DNA from: Candidatus Iainarchaeum sp.
GTDB taxonomy: Archaea; Iainarchaeota; Iainarchaeia; Iainarchaeales; 0-14-0-20-34-12
Length of the DNA: 32,000 nt
Assembly: GCA_030649345.1 (NCBI GenBank)
Contig: JAUSKK010000016.1
Coordinates: 1-32,000, forward strand
Direction: 5' to 3'
Both the position numbers and the translations under genes were made by a program. Below, in pieces: positions 31,667-32,000 of the stretch (positions are counted from its first letter, which is position 1; each line of letters begins with the position of its first letter). Under the pieces are notes generated by a model. It did not search any database. It saw nothing but the letters and a program-made list of their open reading frames with translations, and was not told the DNA's origin.

Positions 31667-32000
31667 TTAGGTTTTTCTTTGCTTTAAAGAATCGCCTACT
31701 TGAATACTGTTTTTACTCCATTCAATTTCTGGAACATTTCCTGCACCAAAATCAACACTGGTTTCGATTTCAATGGGTACAGAATTTTCATTTTTAATTT
31801 CTAATTTTCCGTTAAGCCCTAAAGTAATCACTATATCATTGCCTGCGTTTCCGGATGTTTTAATTGTAATGGTGCTAACTTGATTGGGGTCTGCATTGTC
31901 TTCAATATAGCTGGTTTCCAAAATTTTACTGGAGTCCAATACCTTCAAGTCTATGAATATGCCTTTTGTACAGCTTCCAGTACATTCTTTTACATTGGTG
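31667..32000 (-). CDS. 3' portion of a gene running off the window (beta-rich protein, Cys-rich upstream part)
   Basis: The track ORF begins at a TTG. The same frame stays open to position 32000 ('HQCKECTGSCTKGIFID' precedes it), so the true start probably lies beyond the window. Confidence 0.45.
   Translation of the reverse strand, partial: TNVKECTGSCTKGIFIDLKVLDSSKILETSYIEDNADPNQVSTITIKTSGNAGNDIVITLGLNGKLEIKNENSVPIEIETSVDFGAGNVPEIEWSKNSIQVGDSLKQRKT

Noticed and set aside
31667-31948. Treating the 93-aa ORF as a complete gene
   Set aside because: Its start in the track is a TTG, and the frame stays open upstream to the window edge. It is more likely the 3' part of a longer gene.

Overview
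The window is AT-rich and densely coding. The gene content points to a small-genome, DPANN-like archaeon. The archaeal markers are Pus10, a pilin with a class III (QSALEY-type) signal peptide, FlaI/FlaJ-type pilus machinery, a RecJ/GAN-type DHH nuclease carrying a LAGLIDADG intein, KaiC-like ATPases, a class II HMG-CoA reductase and two eukaryote/archaeal-type GGPP synthases. I recognised no rRNA, tRNA, CRISPR array or transposase. The content falls into six blocks. (1) 1.4-11.8 kb is a surface-protein island: two SlaB-like proteins (Ig-like domain, coiled coil, C-terminal TM anchor), a 1613-aa secreted giant protein, and a mirror-image duplication of a two-gene module. This is my best candidate for an undescribed cell-envelope or host-attachment system. 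(2) 12.3-16.3 kb holds a double-length ThyX, a Fic/Doc toxin cassette flanked by 34-bp direct repeats that duplicate the thyX 3' end, small membrane proteins and Pus10. (3) 16.3-18.6 kb holds tandem GGPP synthase paralogs separated by a perfect 59-nt tandem repeat. (4) 19.3-24.2 kb holds the intein-containing RecJ/GAN, a DUF4258/DUF2283-like toxin-antitoxin pair and a KaiC-like pair, one member active and one degenerate. (5) 24.39-24.68 kb is a ~290-nt GC-enriched, highly structured minus-strand RNA that I cannot assign to a family. It is followed by bacterial-type coaE-coaD. (6) 25.9-31.6 kb is a type IV pilus locus: pilin, a split TadB/TadC-like platform, the ATPase, and two uncharacterised co-oriented proteins. 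All identifications come from reading motifs by eye; no database search was run.
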